A DNA stretch of 64,000 bases, taken from assembly GCF_009914755.1 (NCBI RefSeq), contig NC_060947.1; one strand, 5' to 3'. A model generated the notes under the pieces. That model saw only the letters and a list, made by a program, of their open reading frames with translations, did no database searches and was not told the origin of the DNA. Source of the DNA: the human T2T-CHM13v2.0 reference genome, Homo sapiens. Within the stretch, counting starts at the first letter, position 1, and each line of letters opens with the position of its first letter. The translations under genes and the position numbers were made by a program. Of the stretch, positions 1 through 31,486 are shown in pieces.

Positions 1-59
1 GGCCACTGCACTCCAGCCTGGGCGACAGAGTAAGACTGTCTCAAAAAAAAAAAAAAAAA
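1..59 (+). mobile_element. Alu 3' end and poly(A) tail, cut by the window edge
   Basis: GCCACTGCACTCCAGCCTGGGCGACAGAG...TCTC followed by an A-run. Confidence 0.95.
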
Positions 60-69
60 GACACACACA

Positions 70-1287
70 CATTAGGCTAGGCCTACACAGGGTCAGGATC
101 ATCAATATCACTATCTTCTGCCTTCATATCTTGTCCCACTGGAAGGTCTTTGGGGGTAAAAGAACATGCATGGAGCTGTCACCTACTATGATAAAAATGC
201 CTTCTTCTGGAATACCTACTGAAGGACCTGCCTGTGGCTGTTTTACAGTTAACTTTTTTATATATAAGTAGAAGGAGTACACTTTAAAATAATGATGGGA
301 AGGACAGTACGGTAAATACGTGAACCAGTAACATAGTTGTTTATCATCATTATCAAGTAATATGTACTGTATACAATGGTGTGTGCAAACCTACTGGCAG
401 CACAGTAGGTTTGTTTACTTCAGCATCACCACAAATACGTGCGTAACGCATTGTGCTATTCTGTCCAGAATTGGTTCCTTCTGGTGGGTTCTTGGTCTTG
501 ATGACTTCAAGAATGAAGCCACGGACCCTCACAGTGAATGTTACAGTTCTTAATGTTTGGATGTGTCCAGAGTTTCTTCCTTCTAGTGGGTTCGTGGTCT
601 TGCTGACTTCAGGAGTGAAGCCGCAGACCTTCGCAGTGAGTGTTACAGCTCTTAAAGTTGGTGTGTCTGGAGTTGTTTGCTCCTCCTGGTGGGTTTGTGG
701 TCTCGCTGACTTCAGCAGTGAAGCCACAGACCTTCAAAGTGAGTGTTACAGCTCACAAAGGTAGTGCAGACCCAAAGAGTGAGCAGCAGCAAGATTTATT
801 GTGATGAGTGAAAGAACAAAGCTTCCACAGCGTGGAAGGGGACACAAGCAGGTTGCCGTTGCTGGCTCAGGTGGCCAGTTTTTATTCCCTTATTTGGCCC
901 CACCCACACCCTGCTGATTGGTCCATTTTACAGAGCACTGATTGGTCCATCTTACAGAGCGCCGATTGGTGCATTTACAATCCTTTAGCTAGACCCAGAG
1001 TGCTGATTGGTGTGATTTTACAGAGTGCTGATTGGTGCATTTACAATCCTTTAGCTAGACCCAGAGTGCTGATTGGTGCATTTACAATCCTTTAGCTAGA
1101 CACAAAAGTTCTCCAAGTCCCCATCCAACCCAGAAGCTCAGCTGGTTTCACCTCTCACTATGATGTTATGATAGTTATGACATCTCTAGGTGATAGGAAA
1201 TTTTCAGCTTCATTATTATCCTATGGGACCACCATAATATATGTGATATGTTGTTGACTGAAATGGTGTTATGCAGTGCCTGACTGT
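70..1287. mobile_element. Tigger3/Golem-type DNA transposon remnant, split by an LTR12 insertion
   Basis: Recalled Tigger3 motif GGCCTACACAGGGTCAGGATCATCAATATCAC; TIR-like end GTTATGCAGTGCCTGACTG+TA near 1287; sequence resumes in register after the LTR. Confidence 0.75.
460..1157 (-). mobile_element. Solo LTR12-family (ERV9) LTR
   Basis: GACTTCAGGAGTGAAGCCGCAGACC repeats; tandem GCTGATTGGTGCATTTACAATCC units; 4-bp TSD CTAT at 456-459 and 1158-1161. Confidence 0.9.
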
Positions 1288-1687
1288 ACAAAGGTGAGCT
1301 GCAGGTGTACAGAAGAAAGTGAAACTGATTCCAGCAAAGGTGGTTTAGGTAAAGTATCCTAAAGACAGTAACAGCTGTATCTTGAAGCTTGGATAAGATT
1401 TCAGTAAGCACAGCTGAAGCAGAAAGGCAGAAATGAAACAACAAATAAGGACAGAGGTACTCTCTTTCTATGGCCACCCTCTGGCTAGCTGAAGACAGCC
1501 AGCATGATGCTCTGAGTCTATCTTTCTCTTGTCCCCTTAGCTGGTTTGCTTTTCATATAGAGGTTGAGAGCATAGGTTCTGCATTTGGATCCCAGTTCAG
1601 CCACTCATTACCAGGGCCACATTATAACTTTTGTAGACCCTATGCACTTTTATATTTGTGGGTCCCTTCCTTCTTTAAAAACAAACT

Positions 1688-2260
1688 GGCCAGGCACAGT
1701 GGCTCATGCCTGTAATCCCAGCACTTTGGGAGGCTGAGGCGTGTGGATCACCTGAGGTTGGAATTTGAGACCAGCTTGAAGAACATGCTGAAACCCCATC
1801 TCCACTAAAAATACAAAAATTAGCTGAGCATGGTGGCATATACCTATAACCCCAGCTACTTGGGAGGCTGAGGCAGAAGAATTGCTTGAACCTGGGAGGC
1901 AGAGGTTGCAGTGAGCCGATCATGCCACTGCACTTCAGCCTGGAAGACAGAGCAACACTCTGTGTTAAAAAAAAAAAAAAAAGGCCAGGCACAGTGGCTC
2001 ACGCCTGCTATCCCAGCACTTTGGGAGTCTGAGGCAGGCAGATCCTTGAAATCAGGAGTTCAAGACCAGCCTGGCCAACATGGTGAAAACCTGTCTCTAC
2101 TAAAAATACAAAAATTAGCCAGGTGTGGTGGTGCACACCTGTAATCCCAGCTACTCAGGAGGCTGAGGCATGAGAATCACTTGAACCCGGGAGGCGGAGG
2201 TTGCATTGAGCCCAGATCATGCCACTGTACTCCAGCCTGGGAGACAGAGCAAGACTCCTC

Positions 2261-2289
<29 letters not shown>
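1688..2289 (+). mobile_element. Two tandem Alus (1688-1982, 1983-2289)
   Basis: Two full Alu dimers; the second begins directly in the A-tail of the first. Confidence 0.95.
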
Positions 2290-2294
<5 letters not shown>

Positions 2295-2962
2295 TGAAAA
2301 GGGGGAAGGGGGTAATAATGGGATGGAATGACAGAGCATTAGGCATACATCAGGGCACAATGGTCACTCACAATAACTTCCTTTCCAGAACCCTCCTCAT
2401 GCTAGTCACCTTTCTTTAGATACCCATTTCATTTTGGCAAACTTCCAAATGAGCTTATTTAATTTAAAACATGGTGAACAGAAAAATTCTAGGTATGGTC
2501 TGACCAGGGGAACAATATATTATTAATTTAATCCAAGGTTGTATTAGCTGCTTGAGCAATTCTGTGACATGTTTGGTTCACTAAACAAAAATCTTTAGTT
2601 GTTATAATTTCTCAAAGATTACCAGCAGTTTTTTTTCAAAATTATATCTAAGAAGTCTTTTTAATATCTTAAATTGTTTTTGATCTGGGCTTGGAGACCT
2701 CAACTCCTATAATGTTTTCCTTATTCATTTATCAGAGAGCTTATTTCCATGTAACATAACTTACTAGTGTATGTTAATCCATCTTTCTGTAAATTATTGC
2801 TCAGGGCAGGGACCATCCCTCACATGCTTTGCTGATGTGAGCATCACCTAGCATAGTAGCTGAAACAAAGTACATACTTAGCAAATGTGTGTGGAGTGAA
2901 TTAACAAATGAATGTATGCATTTAAAACATTTATACTCTTATGAATACCTCAATTATCTTGG

Positions 2963-3447
2963 TGTTATAAATAAAGTTTTGGTGCTGCAAAAGAAATAGC
3001 ACTTGAATAAAAAGTTTTCATTTTTTCTTCTCAGCAAGGCAATTTACTTCTATAGAAGGGTGCGCTCTCACAGATGGAACAACGGTGAGCATACACCTGG
3101 ACAAGGGAGGGGAAGGAGTTCTTATTCCTGATGCACGTGGCCCCTGCTGCTGTGTCATTCCCCTATTGACTAGGGTTAGACCACACAGGCTAATCTAATT
3201 CCGATTGGCTAATTTAAAGAGAGTGATGGGGTGAGTGGTTTGGTGGGAAAATGGTAATGGCAGAGCAGGAAATCAGAATGAGTCAGGGTGGAGAATGAGT
3301 CAGGGTGGAGGAGGTAATCAAAATGAGTCAGGGTGGAGCAGGTAATCAGAGTGAGTCAGGGTAGAGCAGGTGATGGAAAAAGGTTGCTTTATAAGAAAGT
3401 TAAGTTTAAAAGTAGAAGGCAAATAATCGAACATACTGACATATTGA

Positions 3448-3449
<2 letters not shown>
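2963..3449 (-). mobile_element. LTR10-family (HERV-I) solo LTR, interrupted at one end by L1
   Basis: Terminus TGTTATAAATAAAGTTTTGGTGCTGCAAAAGAAATAGCAC matches the recalled LTR10 end; internal TGAGTCA-containing repeats. Confidence 0.8.
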
Positions 3450-9074
<5,625 letters not shown>

Positions 9075-9873
9075 TTTCCAGAACTTTTTATTATCCTTAA
9101 ACTGAAATTGAAACTCTGTACTCACTAAACAATAAGTGTCCATTCCTCCTTCCCCCAACCCCCGGTAATCACTGTTCTACATTCTATCTGTATGAATTTG
9201 GTGACTCTATGTACCTCATATAAGCAGAATCATACACTATTTGTCCTTTTGTATCTGGATTATTCCACTTAGCATAATAAATTCAAGGATCATTATTTAT
9301 TTTTAATATGAAAAAAGAAAAATAAGATCTATGTGTACTACCGTGAACATCTCTCTAACACATATTGAGTGAAAAATAGCAAAACCATGTGTATATTATC
9401 CTGTAATTTTGTGAAAAACGAAGAGGCACTTGGAAGGTATGGAGTAAGAGGAAGACTTATTTTCATTGCTTATCCTTTTGTTTTGTTTGAATTTTAGTCA
9501 ATCTATGTATATATGTATGTGTTTTCCATTGTTTTTTCAATGCCCATACTCTTTGACCTAGTATTTTGAATGCAGGAATTTATAGTAAGGAAGTAACTGG
9601 AAAATACTTAAAGACAGGGCTATTTCTTGAAGCGTTGTTCAATGGTGAAAACTTGGAAGCTGTAATTATGTTCAGCCACAGGACACTGATAAAATAAATT
9701 ATATGTCCATATAATGGAATGTGACAGAGGCTTCATAAATGACAGTATTAATTTATATATTTATTGAAATGGAAAGATGTCACAGTATATTGTAAACTAA
9801 AAAAGCAAGTCAAAAATGGTATGTCAAGCATGATTTCACTTTCATGTACATGCATTTATATGTCTATATGTGA

Positions 9874-11716
<1,843 letters not shown>

Positions 11717-11749
11717 GTATTTCAGAAAAACTCTCATTTTTAAATAAAA

Positions 11750-12599
11750 GATAAATCAACCACATAAAAACTTACACACAAATGTTTGTTTATAGCTGCT
11801 TCACCCATAATTGCCAAAATTTGGGAGCAACCATAATGTCCTTCAATAGATGAATGAACTGTGATACATCCAGATAATAGAATATTTATTTATTCAATGA
11901 TAAAAAGAAATGACCTCTCAAGGCACAAAGAGATGTGAAGGAACCTTAAACATGTATTGCTAAGTGAAAGAAGCCAACCTTAAAATGGTACATACTGTAT
12001 GCTATGGTTTGAATGTGTCGTTAAAATTTCATGTGTTGAAACCTTAATCCCCAAATTCATATTTTGATGGCATTTGGTGGTGGAGCCTTGGGAGGTAATT
12101 AGGGTTAGATAAAGTCATTAGTGTGGGACTGGTGGCTTTATAAGAAAAGGAAGAAAGACCTGAGCTGGCATGCTCTTGCCCTCTTGCCAAGTGATGCTTT
12201 CTGCTATGTTATGATGCAGTAAGAAGACCCTCATCAGATGTGGCCCCTCAACCTTAGACTTCCCAGCCTCCGGAACTATAAGAAATAAATTCCTTTTCTT
12301 TATAAATTACCCAGTCTCGGGCATTCAGCTATAGTAACAGAAAACGAACTAAAACACTGTATGATTCCAAGTGTATGACATTCTGGATAAAGCAAAACTA
12401 TGGAGACAGTAAAAGGATCAGTGGTTGGCAGGGGTTAGGGAACAGGGAGGGAGAGATGAGTAGGTGGAGCAAGAGGATTTTTAGGGCAGTGAAAATATTA
12501 TTTATGATTCTGTAATGGTGGATATATGTCATTATACATTTGTCAAACCCACAGAACATACAACACAAAGAGTGAACCCTAATGTAAACTATACACTTT

Positions 12600-12644
<45 letters not shown>

Positions 12645-12830
12645 TGTGTTCAATATAGATTCATCACTTGTAATAAATGTACCACACTAATGCAAGATAT
12701 TAATGTAGGGGAATCTATGTATATGTGAGGGTGTGGGCAAAGGGGGATGTCTATGGGAACTTTCTGTACTTACTGCTCAATTTTTCTATAAAGCTAAAAT
12801 TGTTCTAAAAATGAAGTCTATTAATTTTTT
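11750..12830 (+). mobile_element. Old L1M(C) 3' fragment with a nested MST-type MaLR LTR (12000-12356) and (TAA)n at ~12602-12641
   Basis: L1MC 3' motifs; LTR TG...CA with 5-bp TSD CTGTA at 11995-11999 and 12357-12361. Confidence 0.8.
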
Positions 12831-13315
12831 TTAAATAAAGGTAAATTACCACACATGAAGAAAATCATGGAGAAGTTCCTAAGTGGCAGAGTTGACCCTC
12901 TCTTCAAGCTCTGTGAAGCTGCAGATTCGAGGCCCATATCCAGTGCCCTTGACAGGCATCTCTTGTCAGCTGTGGTGTGCAGTGTCCTGTGCAATTCAAC
13001 AGATGGTCTTCCTTTGATTTCCATAGGTTTTGCACCCAGGCAAGGATGGAAATGTATCAGAATAAGCAAAAGTGATAGAGTTAACCATGCACTTCCTGAT
13101 ATTAAACAAGAACAAATATGTGAAATAAATAATTGTGATATTAACATTTTTATATAAGCAGACTACTGTGGGCCTATGTCTGGACGGGAATGTGAAGAGG
13201 AAATAAAGGGAGATGGTAGAAGGTTAGGAAGCATTGATGGGAAAGGGAGAATTTCAGAGGTAAAATGAGGAATGAATATACCTCATAATATTGTTGAATA
13301 ACCAGATAATACATG

Positions 13316-13713
13316 TGTTATGGGCAGAATTATGTCTCTTCAAAATTCATATGATGAAGCTCTAACCCCCAGTATCTCAGAATGTGACCGTATGTGGAGA
13401 TAGGGCTTTTAAGAAGTAATCAAGTTAATATGAGGCTGTAAGGGTGGGCCTTAATTCAATCTGACTGGTGTTCTTATCAGAAGAGAACATTTGCACACAC
13501 AAAGAGACACCAGGGTTGTGTGTGCACAGAGTAAAGACCATATGAGGACACAGTGAGAAGTTAGCCACCTGCAAACCAAGGAGAGAGGCCTGGGAGTAAA
13601 ATCAACCTTATCAACACCTTGATCTTGGAATTCTAGCCTCCAGAACTGTGAGAAAATAAATTTCTGTTGTCTAAACCATCCAGCTGTTACGGCAGCTTGA
13701 GAAAACTAACACA
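13316..13713 (+). mobile_element. MLT1-type MaLR LTR inserted in a MIR remnant
   Basis: CCTCCAGAACTGTGAGAAAATAAATTTCTGTTG motif; near-TSD ACATG/ACGTG. Confidence 0.8.
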
Positions 13714-13794
13714 ACGTGTAAAGCATTTTGCACAATGCTTGTTCAATCTTAAGTACTCAATAATTATCTCCAGTTTAGTTAGAGCTGATATGTG

Positions 13795-20752
<6,958 letters not shown>

Positions 20753-20759
20753 CTCGACT

Positions 20760-21137
20760 TATCAAGAAAAGGAATGTATATTTTACAGTCATGGAGGCAA
20801 AGAAGTCCAAGATTGACAAGCTACATCTGGTGAGGGCCTTCTTGCAGGCAGGAACTCCCTGAAGAGTTCCAAGGTGGCACAGGGCAGCATGTGGCAAGGG
20901 GGCTTACTGTGCTAGCATGCTAGTTCAGGTCTCTCTTCTTTCTCTTACAAAGCCACCAGTTCCCCTCCCATGATAACTCATAACCCATTAATTTATTAAT
21001 TCATGAATGGATTAATCCATTCTTGAGGGTAGAGCCTACATGATCCAATCACCTCTTAAAGGCCTCACCTCTCAATACTGCCACATTGGGGATTAAGTTT
21101 CAACATGAGTTTTGGAAGTGACGTTCAGACCACAGCA
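20760..21137 (-). mobile_element. MST-type MaLR LTR fragment
   Basis: AATCACCTCTTAAAGG...GGGGATTAAGTTTCAACATGAGTTTTGG motif. Confidence 0.75.
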
Positions 21138-21360
21138 GTATGCATCTCTAAAATACAAGGACATTTCCTCACATAATCACAATACTATTATCATACCTAA
21201 ATTAACAGCAATCCCTTAATATCATCTAAAACCTAGTCATATGCATACTTCCCCAATAGCCTCTAAATGTCTTTAATGCACTCAGCATGAAAACATGTAC
21301 TAGAATATAAAATATTAGAGTGTGTTGCATGTAGAAAGGGTAAGCATTATTTCTTGAAAA

Positions 21361-21361
21361 T

Positions 21362-21398
<37 letters not shown>
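21361..21398. repeat. (TG)n microsatellite
   Basis: Read directly from sequence. Confidence 0.97.
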
Positions 21399-21401
<3 letters not shown>

Positions 21402-21622
21402 GATTGCAAAACTAAAATGTTTTCTGTTTGTTTTTTGCTGTGGGACATGGTAAAAAAAAGTTGGAAACTTTTATGTAGATGGTGAAAGTATCTATAAAGT
21501 CAAAAACAAAAGCAAGATGTTCAATAACACTGCTTCTTGTCAACATTTTCTTGGAGGTTCCAGTCAATGTGAAAGAGAAAGAAAAATGTATAAATATTAT
21601 AAAGAAAGAGACAAAACTGTCA

Positions 21623-22765
<1,143 letters not shown>

Positions 22766-23409
22766 ATCTTTTATTTTTAACCTTTCGATTGATGTATACA
22801 TACATAAAAGCAAACATATTGTAAGCTGATGAAATTCCAGAAACTGAAAACACCCATGTAATGGGCAGCCAATCAGCAAACAGAACATTGTTAGCACCCA
22901 GAAGCCTCCTTGTGTCCCTTTCAGTCATTACTTGCTCCTCAACTCCCCAAATAATTAAAATAAATTTAACAGATTTAAAGTGATGGCAACAAGAGGAATT
23001 ATTATAAACAGAATCATACTCTAAGCACACTTGCTATAACGCAAAAAATCTTTTGTAATTCGAGTAAACACTTACCTCTTATCATCTGAGCTTTGATATA
23101 TATTTGGTTTTGTTAAAGCAGAGCACATTTTAAAATATATTCCACAGCCAAAATGATATTTGTTTTGAATTATTTGATAGCTTGAATTATCTAACATTGC
23201 TCACCTCCATTGGTAAAAGTACTTAAATTACATATATTTAATTTATTGTCCTTTATGTTTAATGATAACATGGCTAATAGTGAGAGAAATGTGATGTGGT
23301 GGATGGTTCAGTGTATGACCACTAATTATTTTAATACTATGCATATGTGAACATTATCCTTTAGTTTGTAACCATAATAGTAGATTCTGCTGGAATTTGT
23401 GAGTATGTC

Positions 23410-24088
23410 TTATAACCAAAAGAGGGTCTGGCTGCTTGATGGTTGCAGTAAGAAGTTAAAATAACAGGAGCCAGGTATGATAAAAAGAGAGTGAATTTTA
23501 TTATCCGTTGCCAGCGAGGGGGAAAGTGGCTGGAATCCTTTCCAAAAATTGCCAATTTCCAATTTCTGGAGAGACGGCAAGGGTTTAAGAAGAGGGGCTT
23601 GGAATGCAAGAGAGGAAGGGGGCTAGGAGGTGCCAAATGGTGTGACTTGCTCTGATGGCTTATCTTGAATTATTGTTCCATGGCACCATTGTGGACCTGA
23701 CAGGTTACAAATCAATCACATTCAATCTTGCAGTCAGTCCAGAGGGAACTCCGGTCTTGAAGTAATCTTCTGCTGGGGAGAGAATCCTGGAGGTGCCTGT
23801 TTCCTGTCAGGATTCAGTCCTTGAAGCTTCTAAGGAAATATATGACCAGGTAAGTGAGCCAGTGTGAACTTAACAAGCATCCAGGTAAATAAATATGCAT
23901 AAGGCATGGGAGCATAAGGTGGGAAAGGGGAGGAAGTGGAATTTTAAAGCACATCCCCAGGCTGTATTTCAAGGAAAAAGAAAACACTTCTGTAGTTTAT
24001 GTCAAAGCTATGTCTTGAGACTGGGGGGAAAGAAGAAAAGAAAAAAAAAGTTTTAAAACATGGTTTGAAGCTAAGCTGCTCTATTACA
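23410..24088 (-). mobile_element. Solo LTR, probably ERVL class (subfamily not assigned)
   Basis: Minus-strand start TGTAATAGAGCAGCTTAGCTTCAAA, minus-strand AATAAA near 23497, LTR-like length. Confidence 0.55.
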
Positions 24089-24505
24089 CACTGATATAAT
24101 TTTTGCAAAGCCAGTTTCAATTCCTTCATCTTATGATTAGGCCAGTGTCTGTGCAAACTTGCCTTACTTTAAACTGTTCTTAAAATGTTTATTTTGCCCT
24201 CTCTGTTTTCATTTGTGTTAATTCCAGTCTTCGATCATGAGCTATTTGGCTACCCCACTCTCATTGGGGAATTAGGCATGTCCAGGGTTGATCCCTCGAG
24301 AAACTGCCTGACAGAAAAAATAAATTTATTTGCAGTGAGAAATATAACTGTCATGGCCAGTAGATACCAGAAAGTTGCAGTTTGCGAGGCTTATTGTGCA
24401 TTAGATTCACCTGGGGGTACTTAAGAAGTTTTATAACTTCCCTTTAAGTGCATTACATTGTTGTTCCATTTGGAATTTCACAGGACATATGATTTAATAA
24501 ACCTA

Positions 24506-24863
<358 letters not shown>

Positions 24864-25884
24864 CTACATGGAACTAGGCTGTTTTTGTAATGGCTCCTCC
24901 ATGACCAGGTCTGTACCTTGTCATTTCCCAGACTCTCATGCTTCATCCCCTTCCCTAAACCCCCATTACTGTTACTCTCCCAAGCCTGCCCTCTTCTGAT
25001 ACTATTCATTGCACTATTCCTTTTAGCCTTTATTTCAGCATGAAAACCTAATAACTTATTGTTCACATTTCAGAACTCTAGTTAACTAGTTAATGCATAA
25101 TAAGGTATTACTGGGTGGTAACTACCTAATATGATAACTCCCCAATTCACTATTTAGCCAGAGCATTCCAACCTTTTACTCAATCATTGCCTTAAAGGGT
25201 AACATTTGTATCCTTGGTAGTTCAGTGCAGAAAATCTGAGCAAGGCAGCTACTTAGCCATCATTATGAATTCTCTCTACACATCTAGCTGTCTTTGCACA
25301 TGTCCCAGAGGCTAAGTGATTCAACAAAAGCTCATTGCATTTTGTGATCTCATTGTTGATGATCTCTGCCATTTTACTATGTGGTCTAAAGTGACTGCAC
25401 ATGAAACCATACTTGATGACAAGAAAAGGGACAGAAAGAAGTCTCATCTACCACCATAGAGAATGCTAAACCCATCAACTTCTGTATGAATTTCTACTGT
25501 TGTTTCATGGTATCTGGATTCTCTAGCCAGTTTACAGCCCAAAGACATGCCATTTTTCTTGATTTCCTTTTCTGTAGGTTCACTGGGGGCACAGTGGTAT
25601 TCAGTGAGTTGTTTAAGTAGCAGCGACTACTGATAGCTTTGGCCTCTCAGAAAATCTTGGGCTTTCCTAATGTAGCTTATGGATGATCTTGTTTGTCTAA
25701 CCCCGATTTCTTTTTAAGTTACTTATTTTGAATAAGTAATACATTAACATGGTTCAAAAAATAAACTAACAAGATTTACATTTAGAACCCCCATACCTAC
25801 TCCTGTCCCCATCTAACTTACACTTCCTACTCCCATAAATAACAATGTTATTCATTTCTTATATATCCTTTCAGTGTTTCTTCT

Positions 25885-29215
<3,331 letters not shown>

Positions 29216-29299
29216 ACTTGGTTAACTAGAATATCTCCTCAGTCAGTATATATATTTTCCCAGCACTGTGAATAAAAGTCAGTTGAATGAGAAATTGAA

Positions 29300-30398
29300 A
29301 GTACCTCTGATTGGTCCCTTCCTGCAACCAATCAGGCTGGTGGCAGGCCAAGTTTTCATTTGTATAGGAGTGTAACTTTGTAACTTCACTTCAGCCTCTG
29401 ATTGGTCACTTTCTGCAACCAATCAGACTGACCATGGACCACTACTTCATTTGCATGGGGTATACACCAAGTGGCTAATGGGAAACCTCTACCGGGTATT
29501 TAGACCCCAGAAAATTCTGTAACCAAGCTCTTGAGCTGCTTGCTCAGGCCTGCTCTCACCTTGTGGAGTATACTTTTGAAACCGCCTTTGCAAAAATCAT
29601 AACTGAGGAAATTATGACAGTGAAAGAGATCAGACCTAACCTACCCTATCTTCCTTCTAACTTCTAAAATGTCTTTGTTCATTCCTGGGTATAGGCCAAA
29701 CTAGCCTTGGGAAAGAATTTATAGTGTAAACTCTGAGACAAAATTGATAACAGCCCTTTCCCCTTCTTGCTGGGACCAGTCTGCCTTTCTTTGTAGGTGT
29801 AACAAATTAGCTACAAGATTATAAATTACAGTTTAGGGGCCATGCAGCCTCTGGCTGCAAGAATCTGAACCTCCCCAAATTGCTTCTGGGAATAACATCA
29901 CCATTGCAAATCCTAAGATCAGTGCTTGAGATATTTTGCAGACCCTGCATTCTCATGCAGCAGAGGACACCACCCAGACTGATAATCTGGCTCAACTAGC
30001 TCCACGATCCCACCCAGGAAGAACTCGCAAGAACTGACTTCGACCCCGTGATTTAATCTTCATCCCGACCAACTAGCACTCCCCACTTTCCGAACCCATA
30101 CCTGCCAAATTATCCTTAAAAACTCTGATTCCAGAATGCTCAGGGAGACTGATTTGAGTGATAATGAAACTCTGGTCTCCCGCACAGCGCTCAGCGTGAA
30201 TTATTCTTTCGCCATTGCAATTCCCGTCTTCATAAATCAGCTCTGTCTAGGCAGCGGACAAGGTGAACCCATTGGGCGGTTACACTTTCGTTTTCAATAC
30301 ATCTCTGCTTTTATTGCTTCATTCTTTCTTTGCTTTGTGCATTTCGTCCAGTTCTTAGTTCAAGACGCTAAGAACTTGGACACCCTCCACGGGTAACA
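29300..30398 (+). mobile_element. MER51/MER57-type ERV1 LTR (5' truncated) hosting an LTR8-type insertion
   Basis: CTGATTGG/CCAATCAG repeats; end CAAGACGCTAAGAACTTGGACACCCTCCACGGGTAACA. Confidence 0.7.
29577..30284 (+). mobile_element. LTR8/LTR8A-type solo LTR
   Basis: Begins TGAAACCGCCTTTGCAAAA, ends ATTGGGCGGTTACA; 4-bp TSD CTTT at 29573-29576 and 30285-30288. Confidence 0.85.
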
Positions 30399-30565
30399 GG
30401 ACTACAGGTGCCCGCCACCACGTCTAGCTAATTTTTTGTATTTTTAGTAGAGATGGGGTTTTGCTATGTTGCTCAGGCTGGTCTCGAACCACTGGGCTCA
30501 AGCAATCTGCCGGCCTTGGCCTCCCAAAGTGCCGGGATTAAAGGCGTGAGCCACCGCGCCTGGCC
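30399..30565 (-). mobile_element. Alu left-arm fragment abutting the LTR end
   Basis: GGACTACAGG...GAGCCACCGCGCCTGGCC. Confidence 0.9.
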
Positions 30566-30888
30566 CACTAAACTTCTCTGTGCATCAGTTATTTCATTTG
30601 CCTAATGAGGATAACAGTAGTCACTACTGCGTTTTGTGAGCGTTGGTTAATATATGAAAAATGCCACGTGTTTGCCATTAGCATCAATCATGCCATAACC
30701 AGAAAAATTACATTGCATTTTTTATTTTAAAAAAGGTGGGGGCCAGAGTGGACCTGGGCCTCTTCCAACTTCTGAGAGGTCTCTATTACTAAGTAAGCCT
30801 TAAGAAGCAGAATTCCATGAAGGGAGCTAGGAAACCAGGATTTTCCAAAAGGAGGTGGCATTTGCATTGATCCTGGTAGGGCAGCCTC

Positions 30889-31421
30889 GAATTCCACGGG
30901 GTTGGGGTTGCGCCTTTTCCAAGGCAGCCCTGGGTTTGCGCAGGGACGCGGCTGCTCTGGGCGTGGTTCCGGGAAACGCAGCGGCGCCGACCCTGGGTCT
31001 CGCACATTCTTCACGTCCGTTCGCAGCGTCACCCGGATCTTCGCCGCTACCCTTGTGGGCCCCCCGGCGACGCTTCCTGCTCCGCCCCTAAGTCGGGAAG
31101 GTTCCTTGCGGTTCGCGGCGTGCCGGACGTGACAAACGGAAGCCGCACGTCTCACTAGTACCCTCGCAGACGGACAGCGCCAGGGAGCAATGGCAGCGCG
31201 CCGACCGCGATGGGCTGTGGCCAATAGCGGCTGCTCAGCAGGGCGCGCCGAGAGCAGCGGCCGGGAAGGGGCGGTGCGGGAGGCGGGGTGTGGGGCGGTA
31301 GTGTGGGCCCTGTTCCTGCCCGCGCGGTGTTCCGCATTCTGCAAGCCTCCGGAGCGCACGTCGGCAGTCGGCTCCCTCGTTGACCGAATCACCGACCTCT
31401 CTCCCCAGCTGTATTTCCAAA
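30889..31421 (+). promoter_or_regulatory. PGK1: PGK1 CpG-island promoter and 5'UTR (the 'hPGK' vector promoter)
   Basis: CpG-dense with no TATA; HIF core RCGTG at 31118-31122, 31127-31131 and 31146-31150(-); ETS CGGAAG 31137-31142; CCAAT 31221-31225; GC boxes 31268-31298; matches the recalled hPGK promoter sequence. Confidence 0.95.
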
Positions 31422-31486
31422 ATGTCGCTTTCTAACAAGCTGACGCTGGACAAGCTGGACGTTAAAGGGAAGCGGGTCGTTATGAG
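31422..31486 (+). CDS. PGK1: Phosphoglycerate kinase 1, coding exon 1
   Basis: MSLSNKLTLDKLDVKGKRVVM(R); donor AG|GTAATT; 65 nt. Confidence 0.99.

Noticed and set aside
353-1095. ORFs of 95-124 aa at the window start
   Set aside because: Read-through of LTR12 internal repeats
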